This document shows positions 10,091 through 20,622 of a stretch of DNA of 64,000 nucleotides, piece after piece. The stretch is taken from positions 62,067-126,066 of the IMG/VR virus record IMGVR_UViG_3300006204_000004. One strand, 5' to 3'. Within the stretch, counting starts at the first letter, position 1. The number at the start of each line of letters is the position of its first letter. The stretch comes from a virus (Duplodnaviria; Heunggongvirae; Uroviricota; Caudoviricetes). Below the pieces are notes generated by a model that was not told where the DNA came from, searched no databases, and was given only the letters and a program-made list of their open reading frames with translations. The position numbers were made by a program, and so were the translations under genes.

Positions 10091-13000
10091 ATGATATTCA
10101 AAACAACAACGATTACATCGTGGTTATCTGGTACAAGTAATTCTATAAATGATGAGATTATACAACCTTTTCAAAATGCTGAACAAGTTATATGGAAATA
10201 TAATCAAGCAATACAACATAATTCGCTAACACAGCAAGGATGGGAAAGATTATTAGCACAATCAGATGATGGTCTGAAATCCTATTTAACAAGCATCAAA
10301 GGAACTTCGGCATCTATGATCGGATATACTACATCTTTACAAGGTAACATTGTAGGATTAAAAAAAGTATCATCTGCCATTACACAATATAATTCACTTA
10401 CTATAACTGGAACATCCGAACAAAATATGTTTGCTATGGCTGTTTCAACAACTAATGGTAAATTAGGAAGTTATTTAACAAGTCTAAATGGTGCAAAAGC
10501 AACTCTTGGTGGTTATACAGTTTCATTATTTAGTGCTACAGCAAAAACAATCGCATTAAAAGCAGCAACATTAGCATTAAATACAGCTATGACAATGGGA
10601 ATTTCTGTTGCTATTTCTGCCGTTATTGAAGGAATTCAATACTTATGTAATGCAAATGAAAGATATATAGAGTCTCAGAAACAAATCATTGATAAGACAA
10701 CTGAAAATATTCAAAAATATGAAGATGAAATCACTTCACTTAATGCTCTGCAATCCAAGTTGGAAGATGCAAAAGGCGATAAAACTGAGTTGGCAAAAAT
10801 CCAAAATGAATTGAATGCTGCTATTGGTAATACTCCAGAATTATTAAATACCGAATCTAATGCCTATGAAGTAGCAAATCAAAAAATCGAAGATAGAATT
10901 GAAAGGCTTAAAGAGCTAAGAGAGTTAGAACTTGAAAGAAAAATAACTGCTCAAAAAGAAATATTTAATAATTCCAAAGTTAGCAACGAATGGGGTTTTG
11001 ATCATAAATTTGATTATTTTTCAGACCATAAATTAAAATTAACATCAAGAAATAATAGCGATGAAGATTTTTTTAAGTATATTGATGATGACTTAAAAAA
11101 TAGATATGTATCTCTTCAAGAATTATTTAATAATCTGATTAAAAATAATTATGGAGATGGAAAAAAATCATACGCTGAAATATGGAAAGAGTTAATTGAT
11201 TCTTATGGCGGTGCTTTTTTTGATACGTCTGAAATACAAACTTTCTTTGATGAACAATCAAGTATAGCAAAAGAATTATTAAAAGAATATATAGATAATT
11301 CAGATAGTATTTTTAGTAAAGAAGAATTAAATTCAATAATTGAAAATCTTGTTGAAAGTGGTTACGCACAAGACCTAGAAGGTATACGGTCAGTAATAAC
11401 TTCTTTAGTCAAGAATGACGATTTGAAATCTACAATTGATGAATATTATAATTCTCTTTTTGATGAAAATATCGATAGCGATAAACTGTATCAAAAGATA
11501 AAATCACAATTTGATGAATTATCAAACAAATATCCTGAATTACAAAATATTCTAAATAACTTCTTTAATAATATTGGAACAGATATTAAAAATGGTGTTG
11601 AAAATACTATTGAGAATGTAGAAAAAATCACCACCATCTCAGGCATATTAGAAAAATTCGGACAGACAGAAGCCATTGACAAATACAAAGATAAAATATC
11701 TTCCTTACAGTCTTATCTTGAAAAATTAGAAGATGGCAACTTCTCTCCTGTTGATGCTGAGGCGTTAGCAAACGAATTTAATATAGTCGGTGTTACTGCT
11801 GAGGAATGTATCGATAAAATCAATGCTAAGATTCAGTCAGAAAAGAATAATATCATTGCTATAATTGATGATATTATTAAACAGGGACTTGCGGATGGAA
11901 GCATTGGTGATGCTGAATTAGAGAAACTTAGAAGTTATAGGGATATACTGGCTGAAATAGCGGATGTTAATCTGGATAATCAGTTATCACTCAAAACTGG
12001 CAATGCCCTTGCAGATGTACAATCCCTCTCCCAAGGTTTAGATCAGCTAGACAAAATCTACGCTGATATTCTTGACAAAGAAGCATTTGACTTCTCTTCC
12101 ATTTTGAATAATGATTCATTTAAAGAAGCATTCAGTGCTTATACAGATGAGTATGATAACTTCATCAATACTGTATCTAAATCACCAGATGATATCAATG
12201 CTTGCCAGGATGCGTTTAATAAGCTAACAGCAGCATATATCAAAGGTTCTGGCGTACTCAGCGAAGTAACAGAAGGTACAAAACAGCAGACAGTCAATAT
12301 GTTAAAACAGATGGGCGTTGCCAATGCTGCTGAAATTGTTGAACAGGCTCTTATTGAAAATGAAAAGATGCTTGCTGCACAGAAATATGCGACATCACAG
12401 GGATGTAAAGACCTTGAAAAAGCAACCTATGAAGAAATCAATGCCCTGATTGCAGAAGGCGAGACTACAGAGGAAGTCATGAAATACCTTGCCAAACTTG
12501 CAATTGAGAAATGGAAAGCAAATAAGGAAGAACTTAAAACTCAGGCAGACTGTGATAATCTTCTGAAACTTGCTGATTATGCGGGTGCTACTGCTGGACA
12601 GATCAGAGAATTGAAAAATGCAATGGCTGACCTGAATACATTTGATTTTACGAATCCTATGGGCAGTATGTTAGGTTCCGCAGTTGATAATTTCATTATA
12701 AATGCTGCGGAAAAAATGCCTGGTTTAAAAAAGAGTCCATTTTATAAGAATGTTGTCAAGAATAAAAAGAAACAGGACAAAGCAGATAAAACCATAAATG
12801 ATATTATGGAAGATGTAGAGAAACAACTTCTTGCAGATTTGAATGTCCCTGAATTCAAAGTTGATTATTCAGGTGGAATTACAACCAAAGATACACTTGA
12901 AAAACTCCAAAAAGAAGCAGAAAAGCAGGATAAAAAGAACGAAGAAACCGCTGAACAGTTTGACTGGATGGATATCAAATTAAACAATCTGATTGATACC

Positions 13001-16000
13001 GCATCCAAATTGAAGGACAAGATCAGTGACCTCCTCTCTTTCGGTTCCAAGAAGAAACAGACACAGAAAGCCATTGAAGCAACAACAAAAGCATTGGAAG
13101 CCGAATACAAGGCAATGAAGAAATATGCAGAAGTTGCCAAAACATTATCTGCTGATGCTGCAAAGGAAACAACCGAAACTGTTACTGAAAGCATCTCTGG
13201 TGCAGTGAGTGATGCTGTTAACGGTGCTGTATCTGATGTTTCCAGTTCAGTTGCGTCAGATGTAGTTGCCGAAGCAATGAAATATGTCGGCGTGCTTGAT
13301 TATGTCTGGGGAGGAACAAGCCTTACAAAAGGTGCGGACTGTTCTGGATTTGTACAGCAGGTTTATAGAAAGCTTGGTATGGAAATCCCAAGAAATACCA
13401 CTGGGCAGTATGGTGATTCAAACAGTATATCTGTCAGTAAAGCAGATTTACAGCCTGGAGATCTGGTATTTTTCCAGGGATCTCTTGGTTCACCTGGAAA
13501 TCCAAGGCACGTTGGAATTTATGCTGGAAATGGGCAGTTTATAGATTCACCAACAACAGGTAAAAAAGTTCAGATTACATCTTTATCCGGGCGTAGTGAT
13601 TATATCGGGGCAAAACGTTACGCTGGGGCATCTTCCGCGCCAGTTAATTCCTCTGTATCCTATGACACTCCATCTACGACAACAACGACATACACAAAAG
13701 TTGTCCCAGGCATTGACAGTAAAACACTGGCACATTACCAGAAACTTGTCCGCGAAGGTTCTTTTGACATTGAAACAATCACCAATGAAAAATTAAAGAA
13801 CGCAATCAAATCCTATCAGGAATGGTATGATAAGATGAAGTCATGCCGTGATAAGATTGAGGAATTAAATAATACCCTCAAAGAACTGTACCAGACAATG
13901 GCAGAAATCCCTATCGAGAAAAGGGATAAAAATGTCGATACGCTGGATACAAGGCTGGATATTATCAATTCCAAGCGTGACAACATCAATGCAGTGATTG
14001 TTGATCCTAAGAAGTATGCTTCTACAAAGAAAACACTTAAGCAATCCAAAAACAGTGTCAAAAAGGGAATAAAGACCAAAGCACAGAGAAATGCAACTGG
14101 TTTATCCAAGACTGAAATTGATACAATCAAATCCCAGATGAAAAAGGGTCAGACTATCCCCGCAAAGATTCTGGATAAGATTACAAATGGTGCTGTTTAT
14201 GAACAGTGTAAGCAATACAATGATGCTGTTTATGAACATAGCCAGTATGCGAAGTCTATTCGTACTGCCGGGGATTCCATTAAGAAGTATAATACGATTT
14301 CAGATCAGATTCTTGACGCAGAAAAAGCAAAGACAAAACAGTATAAGACTGCGTATAATACAACTTCAAAGAATTATGGGAAGTCTCTTGATAATGTAAA
14401 ATCCAAAGGTGCCCAGACAAAGAAAGCATTCGGTTCTAAGAAATTCGGTCTTACCAGTGCGGATATCAACAGAATAAATTCCTGTATCAAATCTGGTAAA
14501 CAGATTCCTACGGATTTAATGGTACAGCTTCAATCACAAAGCATTTTTGACTCCTGTGTTGAATACAACAAAGCTGTCATGGAGAATGAGCTTCTGAGGG
14601 AAAAGCTGGATGAAACAAGGTTTGACTTACAGAAACAGCAGCAAGCAGAGACAGCGGCACATTTACAGAATAAGACAGAAAAGCACCAGAATATTGCTGA
14701 CAAGGCATCTGCAAAGATGGAACGCAATGAGGCTCTTGCTGAAAATGCGGATACTCCAAAGAAAAAGAACAAATACCTCAGCAAGAACCTTGGGCTTTTA
14801 CAAACAGAATATAAGCACCTGATTAAAATTGCAGAGCTGGAGAATGACAGTGTAAAAGCTGCAAAACTCCGAGCAGAATTAGAGAAAGAAACAGCAGGTA
14901 TCATTGAACAGCAGTTCCAAAACATCAGCGGCTACTACTCTGCTAGGCGTGATAAGGTTTCAGATAAAGAATCGTTGCAGGATGTACGGTACGAGAATGC
15001 GCAGGTTGATGTTCAAAAAAAGAATGATATCCTGAACATTAAAACACGTTTTGCTGCTGAGCGAAATGCTGAATCTGAACAGGAATACACGGATACAGCA
15101 AAACTGTTCAATACAAACAGGACAAATGCGAAAAAGGCTGTAAACAAGGTTAAAAAGTTAAGCAGTTCGGATAAGGGCAAGATCCTGAAACTGATGGAAT
15201 CTAAGGAAGAAATTCCTGAGAATCTTATGGATAAGGTTGCGAAACTTGACCCAGATGCATACCAAAAACTGTTAAGCTATAACGATTCCCTTGACTGGCT
15301 GGAAAAAGCTGCATTAAATAAAAAGATTTCAAATGAAGAACTGATAAAGGCAAAGCGTGAGAATGAAATCCAGAAACACCAGAATGTAGCAGACCGTGCA
15401 CAGGATAAGATGGATAAGAATGACGCGCTTAGTGAGGTGTCTACTTCTGCTTCTGAACAGAATAAGTATGAAAAAGAGAATATCAAATATCTAAACACAC
15501 AGTACAAACACCTGCTTGAAATTGCAAAGCTGCACGAGGATGATGTGGAATACGCACGCCTGGAAGCAGAACAGCAGGCTAAGATTGCAGAAGCATACAA
15601 AGCAATGTTTGATAATGTGCAGACAGAGTTTGAAAATAAAATTTCTTTAATAAGCAATGACATTTTCGATCTTGATAATGAGATCAAGAAAGTCGAAGCA
15701 TCAGGAAGGCTTGTGGATGCATCATATTATAACCATAAGATTTCATTTGAAAATGAATCCCTTGCTAAATTAAAAGAGGAAGAGGCAAGCCTTGCGGAAC
15801 AGTTAAAGAATGTAAAGATGTTCTCCCCTGCGTGGTATGAATGCCAGGATGCAATCCAGGGTGTGCAAAATGCACAAGCGGATTCTTTATCAAAAGTGAA
15901 GGAATATAAGGACGCAATCAATGAAATTGCAGACACCATCCAGAATGATATCGTGGATGCATTTCATGATGTTACGGACGAAGCGGAATTGTTGGTTACC

Positions 16001-17758
16001 CTGCTGGGTGATGAACTGAGTGATGAAGATACAGGCGTATTAACGAAAGATGGACTTGCAGTATTATCCTTATATGTGTCACAGATGAATATCTGTAAGG
16101 ATGCAGCCGAATCCTTCCATAAAGAAATTAACTCCATGCAGGATGCGTTAGACAGCGGGACATTATCCTTTATTGATGCAAACGGTATCCAGCGGGAATA
16201 CGCTTCTGTATTTGAACTAAAGAAAGCAATCAAAGACTTTTACTCTTCTTACCGTGATGAAATCAAACATGTTTACGATTATGAGTCCAAAATTGTAGAC
16301 ATGATGATTAAGAAATACCAGTCTGAATTGGATTATTTGAAAGAGCTGATTGAAAAGAAAAAAGCGGAACTCGATGCCGAAAAAGACCTTCATGACTATG
16401 CTAAATCACTGAAAGAACAGACAGACAATATCAATTCCCTGCGGAAACAGATTGCTGCCTTAAAAGGTGACACATCTAAAGAAACAGAATCCCGTATCCA
16501 GAAATTGCAGTCACAGTTGAAAGAATCTGAATCATCGCTTGAAGAGCAGGAATATGAACGCTATATCTCTGACCAACAGGATATGCTTGACCATTTATAT
16601 GATGAATATGCCAAACTCGTAGACAATGTAATGAAAGACCATGACAAACTCTTAAAAGAAGGCTTGGACTTATTCGCGCAGACAGCTTCAGATGTACAGG
16701 ACGTAATTAAAGCAACAGCAGAAGAACATGGCTATGAAATTACTGCTGAAATGGAAAAGGTCATTGCATCCATTGAAGGCATGGGTCATTTAGACTCCTA
16801 TCTTGGTGTTGGAGGTACTATTACACAGTCCCTTGGCGATATCGTAAACGAGGTTCATAATGCTTATGTTGGCATATCTTCTGAATTCCAGGGGTTAAAA
16901 GATGCAATTGCTTCTATCGGTTACCAGGGGAAATATGATACTTCTGATCCTGATCATTCAGCTTCTTCTGGAAATACAACGGAAAGTACAGGGAATACTT
17001 CTATACCATCAGGAAATACAAGCACGCCAGCAGGTAATGTTACAAATACGGATTTGGACAAACTGCCAGACATGGATGCTGTAGGGGCAGCAACCAAAAT
17101 GGCTATAAATAAGCTGTTACGTAATGGGACAAATACTTATGACCCAAAGACAACATCAAGCTTGAACAAATACATCTATGGGAAATACGGGAGCGCGCTG
17201 ACCGTTGATGAGATGGCAAAGCTATCTGGATATCTTGGATTTAATTATACTTCCAAACAGTTAGCAGCAGAAAACCCTAACCATTCAGAACGTAAGATGA
17301 AAATGCTTAAAAAGCTACAAGCATATGGGTTTGCAAATGGGGGGATTGTTCCAGATGATGCTTTGAAATTAAAAGACCTTGGAATGGGACGTGCTTCAAA
17401 TGGGGATACGGTGATCGGCACATTAAAACCAAAAGAAAGCGTGTTCAATGAAAAACAGACAAAAATGATCCAGGAATATGTGAACAAGGCACCAGATTAT
17501 AAGACTGTGATGGATATTGGGAATTACATGGATAAGTTTGTGAAGATGCCAGCGGTTGAAAAGAAAGATAACCAGGTACAGAATATACTACAGGTTGGAG
17601 ATGTCAGTTTTAATCTGCCGAATGTATATGACTATGCTGATCTCATGAATGAGGCAAAGAACGATCCGAAATTTGAGGAAATGATTGCACGTATTATGAA
17701 ACATCAGCTTGGATTTGGAAGCTATTTGAAAAAGACAAATGTTACTTTCAGGCATTAG
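10091..17758 (+). CDS. Tail tape-measure protein (2555 aa) with embedded NlpC/P60 peptidoglycan hydrolase domain
   Basis: N-terminal hydrophobic segment and long coiled coils. NlpC/P60 at nt ~13290-13620 (WGG...DCSGFVQQVY...HVGIY). Internal ~230-aa duplication. Immediately upstream of the Dit/Tal genes. Confidence 0.6.
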   Translation: MIFKTTTITSWLSGTSNSINDEIIQPFQNAEQVIWKYNQAIQHNSLTQQGWERLLAQSDDGLKSYLTSIKGTSASMIGYTTSLQGNIVGLKKVSSAITQYNSLTITGTSEQNMFAMAVSTTNGKLGSYLTSLNGAKATLGGYTVSLFSATAKTIALKAATLALNTAMTMGISVAISAVIEGIQYLCNANERYIESQKQIIDKTTENIQKYEDEITSLNALQSKLEDAKGDKTELAKIQNELNAAIGNTPELLNTESNAYEVANQKIEDRIERLKELRELELERKITAQKEIFNNSKVSNEWGFDHKFDYFSDHKLKLTSRNNSDEDFFKYIDDDLKNRYVSLQELFNNLIKNNYGDGKKSYAEIWKELIDSYGGAFFDTSEIQTFFDEQSSIAKELLKEYIDNSDSIFSKEELNSIIENLVESGYAQDLEGIRSVITSLVKNDDLKSTIDEYYNSLFDENIDSDKLYQKIKSQFDELSNKYPELQNILNNFFNNIGTDIKNGVENTIENVEKITTISGILEKFGQTEAIDKYKDKISSLQSYLEKLEDGNFSPVDAEALANEFNIVGVTAEECIDKINAKIQSEKNNIIAIIDDIIKQGLADGSIGDAELEKLRSYRDILAEIADVNLDNQLSLKTGNALADVQSLSQGLDQLDKIYADILDKEAFDFSSILNNDSFKEAFSAYTDEYDNFINTVSKSPDDINACQDAFNKLTAAYIKGSGVLSEVTEGTKQQTVNMLKQMGVANAAEIVEQALIENEKMLAAQKYATSQGCKDLEKATYEEINALIAEGETTEEVMKYLAKLAIEKWKANKEELKTQADCDNLLKLADYAGATAGQIRELKNAMADLNTFDFTNPMGSMLGSAVDNFIINAAEKMPGLKKSPFYKNVVKNKKKQDKADKTINDIMEDVEKQLLADLNVPEFKVDYSGGITTKDTLEKLQKEAEKQDKKNEETAEQFDWMDIKLNNLIDTASKLKDKISDLLSFGSKKKQTQKAIEATTKALEAEYKAMKKYAEVAKTLSADAAKETTETVTESISGAVSDAVNGAVSDVSSSVASDVVAEAMKYVGVLDYVWGGTSLTKGADCSGFVQQVYRKLGMEIPRNTTGQYGDSNSISVSKADLQPGDLVFFQGSLGSPGNPRHVGIYAGNGQFIDSPTTGKKVQITSLSGRSDYIGAKRYAGASSAPVNSSVSYDTPSTTTTTYTKVVPGIDSKTLAHYQKLVREGSFDIETITNEKLKNAIKSYQEWYDKMKSCRDKIEELNNTLKELYQTMAEIPIEKRDKNVDTLDTRLDIINSKRDNINAVIVDPKKYASTKKTLKQSKNSVKKGIKTKAQRNATGLSKTEIDTIKSQMKKGQTIPAKILDKITNGAVYEQCKQYNDAVYEHSQYAKSIRTAGDSIKKYNTISDQILDAEKAKTKQYKTAYNTTSKNYGKSLDNVKSKGAQTKKAFGSKKFGLTSADINRINSCIKSGKQIPTDLMVQLQSQSIFDSCVEYNKAVMENELLREKLDETRFDLQKQQQAETAAHLQNKTEKHQNIADKASAKMERNEALAENADTPKKKNKYLSKNLGLLQTEYKHLIKIAELENDSVKAAKLRAELEKETAGIIEQQFQNISGYYSARRDKVSDKESLQDVRYENAQVDVQKKNDILNIKTRFAAERNAESEQEYTDTAKLFNTNRTNAKKAVNKVKKLSSSDKGKILKLMESKEEIPENLMDKVAKLDPDAYQKLLSYNDSLDWLEKAALNKKISNEELIKAKRENEIQKHQNVADRAQDKMDKNDALSEVSTSASEQNKYEKENIKYLNTQYKHLLEIAKLHEDDVEYARLEAEQQAKIAEAYKAMFDNVQTEFENKISLISNDIFDLDNEIKKVEASGRLVDASYYNHKISFENESLAKLKEEEASLAEQLKNVKMFSPAWYECQDAIQGVQNAQADSLSKVKEYKDAINEIADTIQNDIVDAFHDVTDEAELLVTLLGDELSDEDTGVLTKDGLAVLSLYVSQMNICKDAAESFHKEINSMQDALDSGTLSFIDANGIQREYASVFELKKAIKDFYSSYRDEIKHVYDYESKIVDMMIKKYQSELDYLKELIEKKKAELDAEKDLHDYAKSLKEQTDNINSLRKQIAALKGDTSKETESRIQKLQSQLKESESSLEEQEYERYISDQQDMLDHLYDEYAKLVDNVMKDHDKLLKEGLDLFAQTASDVQDVIKATAEEHGYEITAEMEKVIASIEGMGHLDSYLGVGGTITQSLGDIVNEVHNAYVGISSEFQGLKDAIASIGYQGKYDTSDPDHSASSGNTTESTGNTSIPSGNTSTPAGNVTNTDLDKLPDMDAVGAATKMAINKLLRNGTNTYDPKTTSSLNKYIYGKYGSALTVDEMAKLSGYLGFNYTSKQLAAENPNHSERKMKMLKKLQAYGFANGGIVPDDALKLKDLGMGRASNGDTVIGTLKPKESVFNEKQTKMIQEYVNKAPDYKTVMDIGNYMDKFVKMPAVEKKDNQVQNILQVGDVSFNLPNVYDYADLMNEAKNDPKFEEMIARIMKHQLGFGSYLKKTNVTFRH

Positions 17759-17922
17759 AAATAGATAAGTAGATAACTGGGAGGTGTAAAAGCCTCTCTG
17801 GGTATTGGATTAAATCGTAAACGTACTTATAACATAAACATATGTTCAGTATAGTATCCTGTCGATTATTGGTATATAATGTCATTTATAAATTATAATA
17901 CTAATGATTGGCGGGTAAATAA

Positions 17923-18657
17923 ATGGCAAATTATTTTCTGTTTTTAGACGAGTTAAAATCAAATGATAAATACAAACATTTTTGTATAGGCGGATGTTTT
18001 GTTGAAGAATTATATTATAGAGATAAAATTGTAAAACAGGTTAATGCCCTGAAAAATAATATTTTTGGCAATACTTCTATTATTTTACACGAGAATGAAA
18101 TCCGTTCATACAGAGATAAATATAAAATTTTAAAGAAAGACAGTGAAAAAGAGAAAAGATTTTGGGAAATGCTTGGTGAAATATATACAAAAAATGATAT
18201 CTATACATTATGCGCCGGAGTACATTCAGAAAATTTGAAAAAGTATTATCCGAGCAAAACGGAAAAAGATAGTGAATATTATATTGCTCTGCAAATTATT
18301 TTAGAAAATTTTGTACATTTTTTAATAGATGTAAAAGGAACTGGATGTGTATATTTTGAATCCAGGGATATGCAGTCAGATTTTGAGCTATGCAGACATT
18401 ATGATATGATTATTGAAAATGGAACCTTATTTCTTGAACCAGAGTTAATGAAAAAACATTTAAGGTGTATAAGTTTTCCATTAAAAATAGATAATAATAT
18501 TGGACTACAGCTTGCGGATTTTATACCGAATCCAGTTGTAAGGTATTTTCAAAATGATCAACAGAGGGAATTAAATATATTCACACAAATAAAAGAAAAG
18601 TCATATAATGGGAATATAGATAGAAATGATAGGTTTGGATTAAAAAAAGTTTTATAA
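17923..18657 (+). CDS. DUF3800-like protein (moron between TMP and Dit)
   Basis: C-terminal GLQLADFIPNPV is the LQxADf signature I associate with DUF3800. Own promoter-like extended -10 at ~17850. Confidence 0.5.
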   Translation: MANYFLFLDELKSNDKYKHFCIGGCFVEELYYRDKIVKQVNALKNNIFGNTSIILHENEIRSYRDKYKILKKDSEKEKRFWEMLGEIYTKNDIYTLCAGVHSENLKKYYPSKTEKDSEYYIALQIILENFVHFLIDVKGTGCVYFESRDMQSDFELCRHYDMIIENGTLFLEPELMKKHLRCISFPLKIDNNIGLQLADFIPNPVVRYFQNDQQRELNIFTQIKEKSYNGNIDRNDRFGLKKVL

Positions 18658-18862
18658 AAAATACTTGACACTATTATTTCAGTCTGTTAAAATAATCTGC
18701 AAGTGAAGAGTTCGGAATGACTTCGGGTCGCTTGGCTTTTCACAATATTGTTGCTTGAATGATTTCGGTCTCTTGGGCAGCCAATGTGATAAAGGCATAC
18801 TCTTTCCTGTACAGACTTTTGTTTGTGCTAACGAGGCACTTTTATCATCTCTTGTATATTAG

Positions 18863-18892
18863 AGCATCTGCTTAATTGCAGATGCTTTTATA
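18863..18892 (+). terminator. Rho-independent terminator
   Basis: AGCATCTGC-ttaatt-GCAGATGCT followed by TTTAT. Confidence 0.5.
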
Positions 18893-19310
18893 AATAGCGC
18901 AAAGTAGATTAATGCAACGGAATATTGTGCTAAAATACTATGCTCGTATGAGCCGGATATATTTATCCATTAAAAAATCAAAAAGGAAACTTTGATGAAA
19001 AATATAAATTATGAATTACATGGATGCTTAATTAAATCAAATATTTTAGAAGTTAGAATTCCTACAAAAGAAGAAATAATTAAGCAAAGAAAAAAATAAT
19101 ATATTTATAAATTACAGAAAAAGTTCTGATTGTAAAATGAATTCAACAGAAGAGCACAAGTAATTGGTAAGTCTAGCTGTTATATTTGTGACATTTGTAG
19201 AAGAGCATTTAAAGGAAGTAAGCCCAACTACACGATAAGTGAATTTTAGAAGCAGAAAAGATTGGAGTTGTCAGTCTTTTTTGTATTGTATATAAACTAT
19301 ATTTAATCAT

Positions 19311-19380
19311 TTTAAAGTTTTTGAAGTTTTACAGTTTTGTAGTTTTATGTTTTTGAGGTCTTATAGTTTTTAAGTCTTAG
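19311..19380 (+). repeat. Four tandem ~16-17 nt repeats (A.AGTTTTTG.AGTTTT-like), flanked by a promoter-like element and a T-run
   Basis: aaagtttttgaagtttt / acagttttgtagtttt / atgtttttgaggtctt / atagtttttaagtctta. Upstream TTGTCA-17-TATATA at ~19268; downstream weak hairpin plus T7 at ~19385-19412. Confidence 0.4.
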
Positions 19381-19516
19381 GAGAATGAGGATTGGCAGAA
19401 GATATCAGTCCTTTTTTTGTTATACGGTTTATTGATATAATAATTATAAATATAAAAGTAAATTCAACACACAAGGGCAGTCTCCGGGCTGCTCTTTTTC
19501 ATTGCAAAAAAAATAG

Positions 19517-19792
19517 ATGATGGAGGAACCGGTAATGTTTAGTAAGAGTAAAGCTGAGAGAGAACTGCTGTATGGTGAAATTAATAGGCTGAAAAAAATT
19601 AATAAGAAACTGGAAGATGAAAATAGACGATTGAGAAGTTCTATGGGGGATATTGAAAAATACAAGAAAAAATATAAAGAATTGATTAATTCTATTGAAA
19701 TTGTGAAGAAAAAGTATTGTGAAAAATTAGATACTTTTGATGGAATAAGTGTACTTTATAGAAAAGAGTTGGAAAAATTGGCAAGTAAATAA
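19517..19792 (+). CDS. Small coiled-coil protein
   Basis: 91 aa, heptad-rich (LKKINKKLEDENRRLR). Preceded by a terminator-like hairpin at ~19476-19500. Confidence 0.4.
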   Translation: MMEEPVMFSKSKAERELLYGEINRLKKINKKLEDENRRLRSSMGDIEKYKKKYKELINSIEIVKKKYCEKLDTFDGISVLYRKELEKLASK

Positions 19793-19852
19793 TATAAACA
19801 GAAATTTTAATCTAAGATAGTATTATCTTCAATTAGTCTTTGTGAGGCGCAA

Positions 19853-20325
19853 ATGACAAAGGGTAAATTCTATTTCTTATCAGACGAATATTGTGATAAA
19901 TTCTCAAAACACGACGTAATGGCAAATAAGGAAACTTCTTCTGATGGATTCCACAAAAGACCTTGCTTCTACTCTATTCAAGATGTTAAAAACAAGGATA
20001 TATATTGGATGATACCAATATCTTCTCAGATAGAAAAATACATAGAAATTCATAATCAAAAACTGAAACGTTATAAAATATATGACGGTTTAGAGTTTGG
20101 GTACGTTCAAGGCAGAGAAGCTGCATTTCTTTTACAAAATATTTGTCCTGTTACAGAAAATATATTGTTGAGAAATACATAGATGAACGTACTGGAAAGG
20201 ATGTGTCTATTCCTAAAGATTTAATGAGGAAAATAGATACAAAAGCAAAGAAAATAATGAATAAATACTATCAGGGAACAAAAATTGTCATAACTGATTT
20301 GGATTATATTTTTAAAAATTTATAA
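19853..20325 (+). CDS. ToxN/AbiQ-family (type III toxin-like) endoribonuclease, apparent -1 frameshift in an A4 run at 20157-20160
   Basis: N-terminus KGKFYFLSDEYCDKF...HKRP...YWMIPISS parallels the AbiQ/ToxN FY..S..Y...F / KRP / Y.APLSS pattern. Adding one A at 20157-20160 joins the two ORFs into ~158 aa. Confidence 0.5.
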
Positions 20326-20622
20326 ACAAGACGCAAATTTACCCGAGAGAAGTTCTTGAATTGGACAAACAACCTAAAGTTACTTTTATATAAAATTTAA
20401 AAAAGGATAAGGACTAAGGAGTGAATTAATTTTTAAATGAAGAAATAGAATTTTAGAAAACATATCAATAAGTTCATATCTCATAAATAATTTGTCTAGT
20501 AGCAAATATATAGATCATATTAAAGAAATTAATAAATGATAGACAAAATAAATCATTCTAATACCGAAACATATTAAAAAAACAAATATATTTATATTTT
20601 TAAACAGAAATGAGGTGAATAT

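Noticed and set aside
11491-17487. Numerous 60-136-aa ORFs on the minus strand and in alternate plus-strand frames inside the 10091-17758 giant gene
   Set aside because: They are fully nested in a long conserved coiled-coil and NlpC/P60 ORF. They are low-complexity mirror frames with no RBS context.
10091-17758. Giant NlpC/P60 protein considered as an ICE/conjugation cell-wall hydrolase (Tn916 Orf14-like)
   Set aside because: It is followed directly by Dit, Tal with an intramolecular chaperone domain, BppU-like and fibre genes. No relaxase or coupling protein is seen.
19311-19380. Tandem repeats considered as a CRISPR array
   Set aside because: Units are only ~17 nt, contiguous, and have no spacers. 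No cas genes are present.
19517-19792. Coiled-coil ORF region considered as a hidden type III antitoxin repeat array for the downstream ToxN-like gene
   Set aside because: It is A-rich from Lys/Glu codons, but I could find no consistent 30-45-nt tandem periodicity. It is a clean ORF with an RBS-like GGAGGAACCGGTAATG context.
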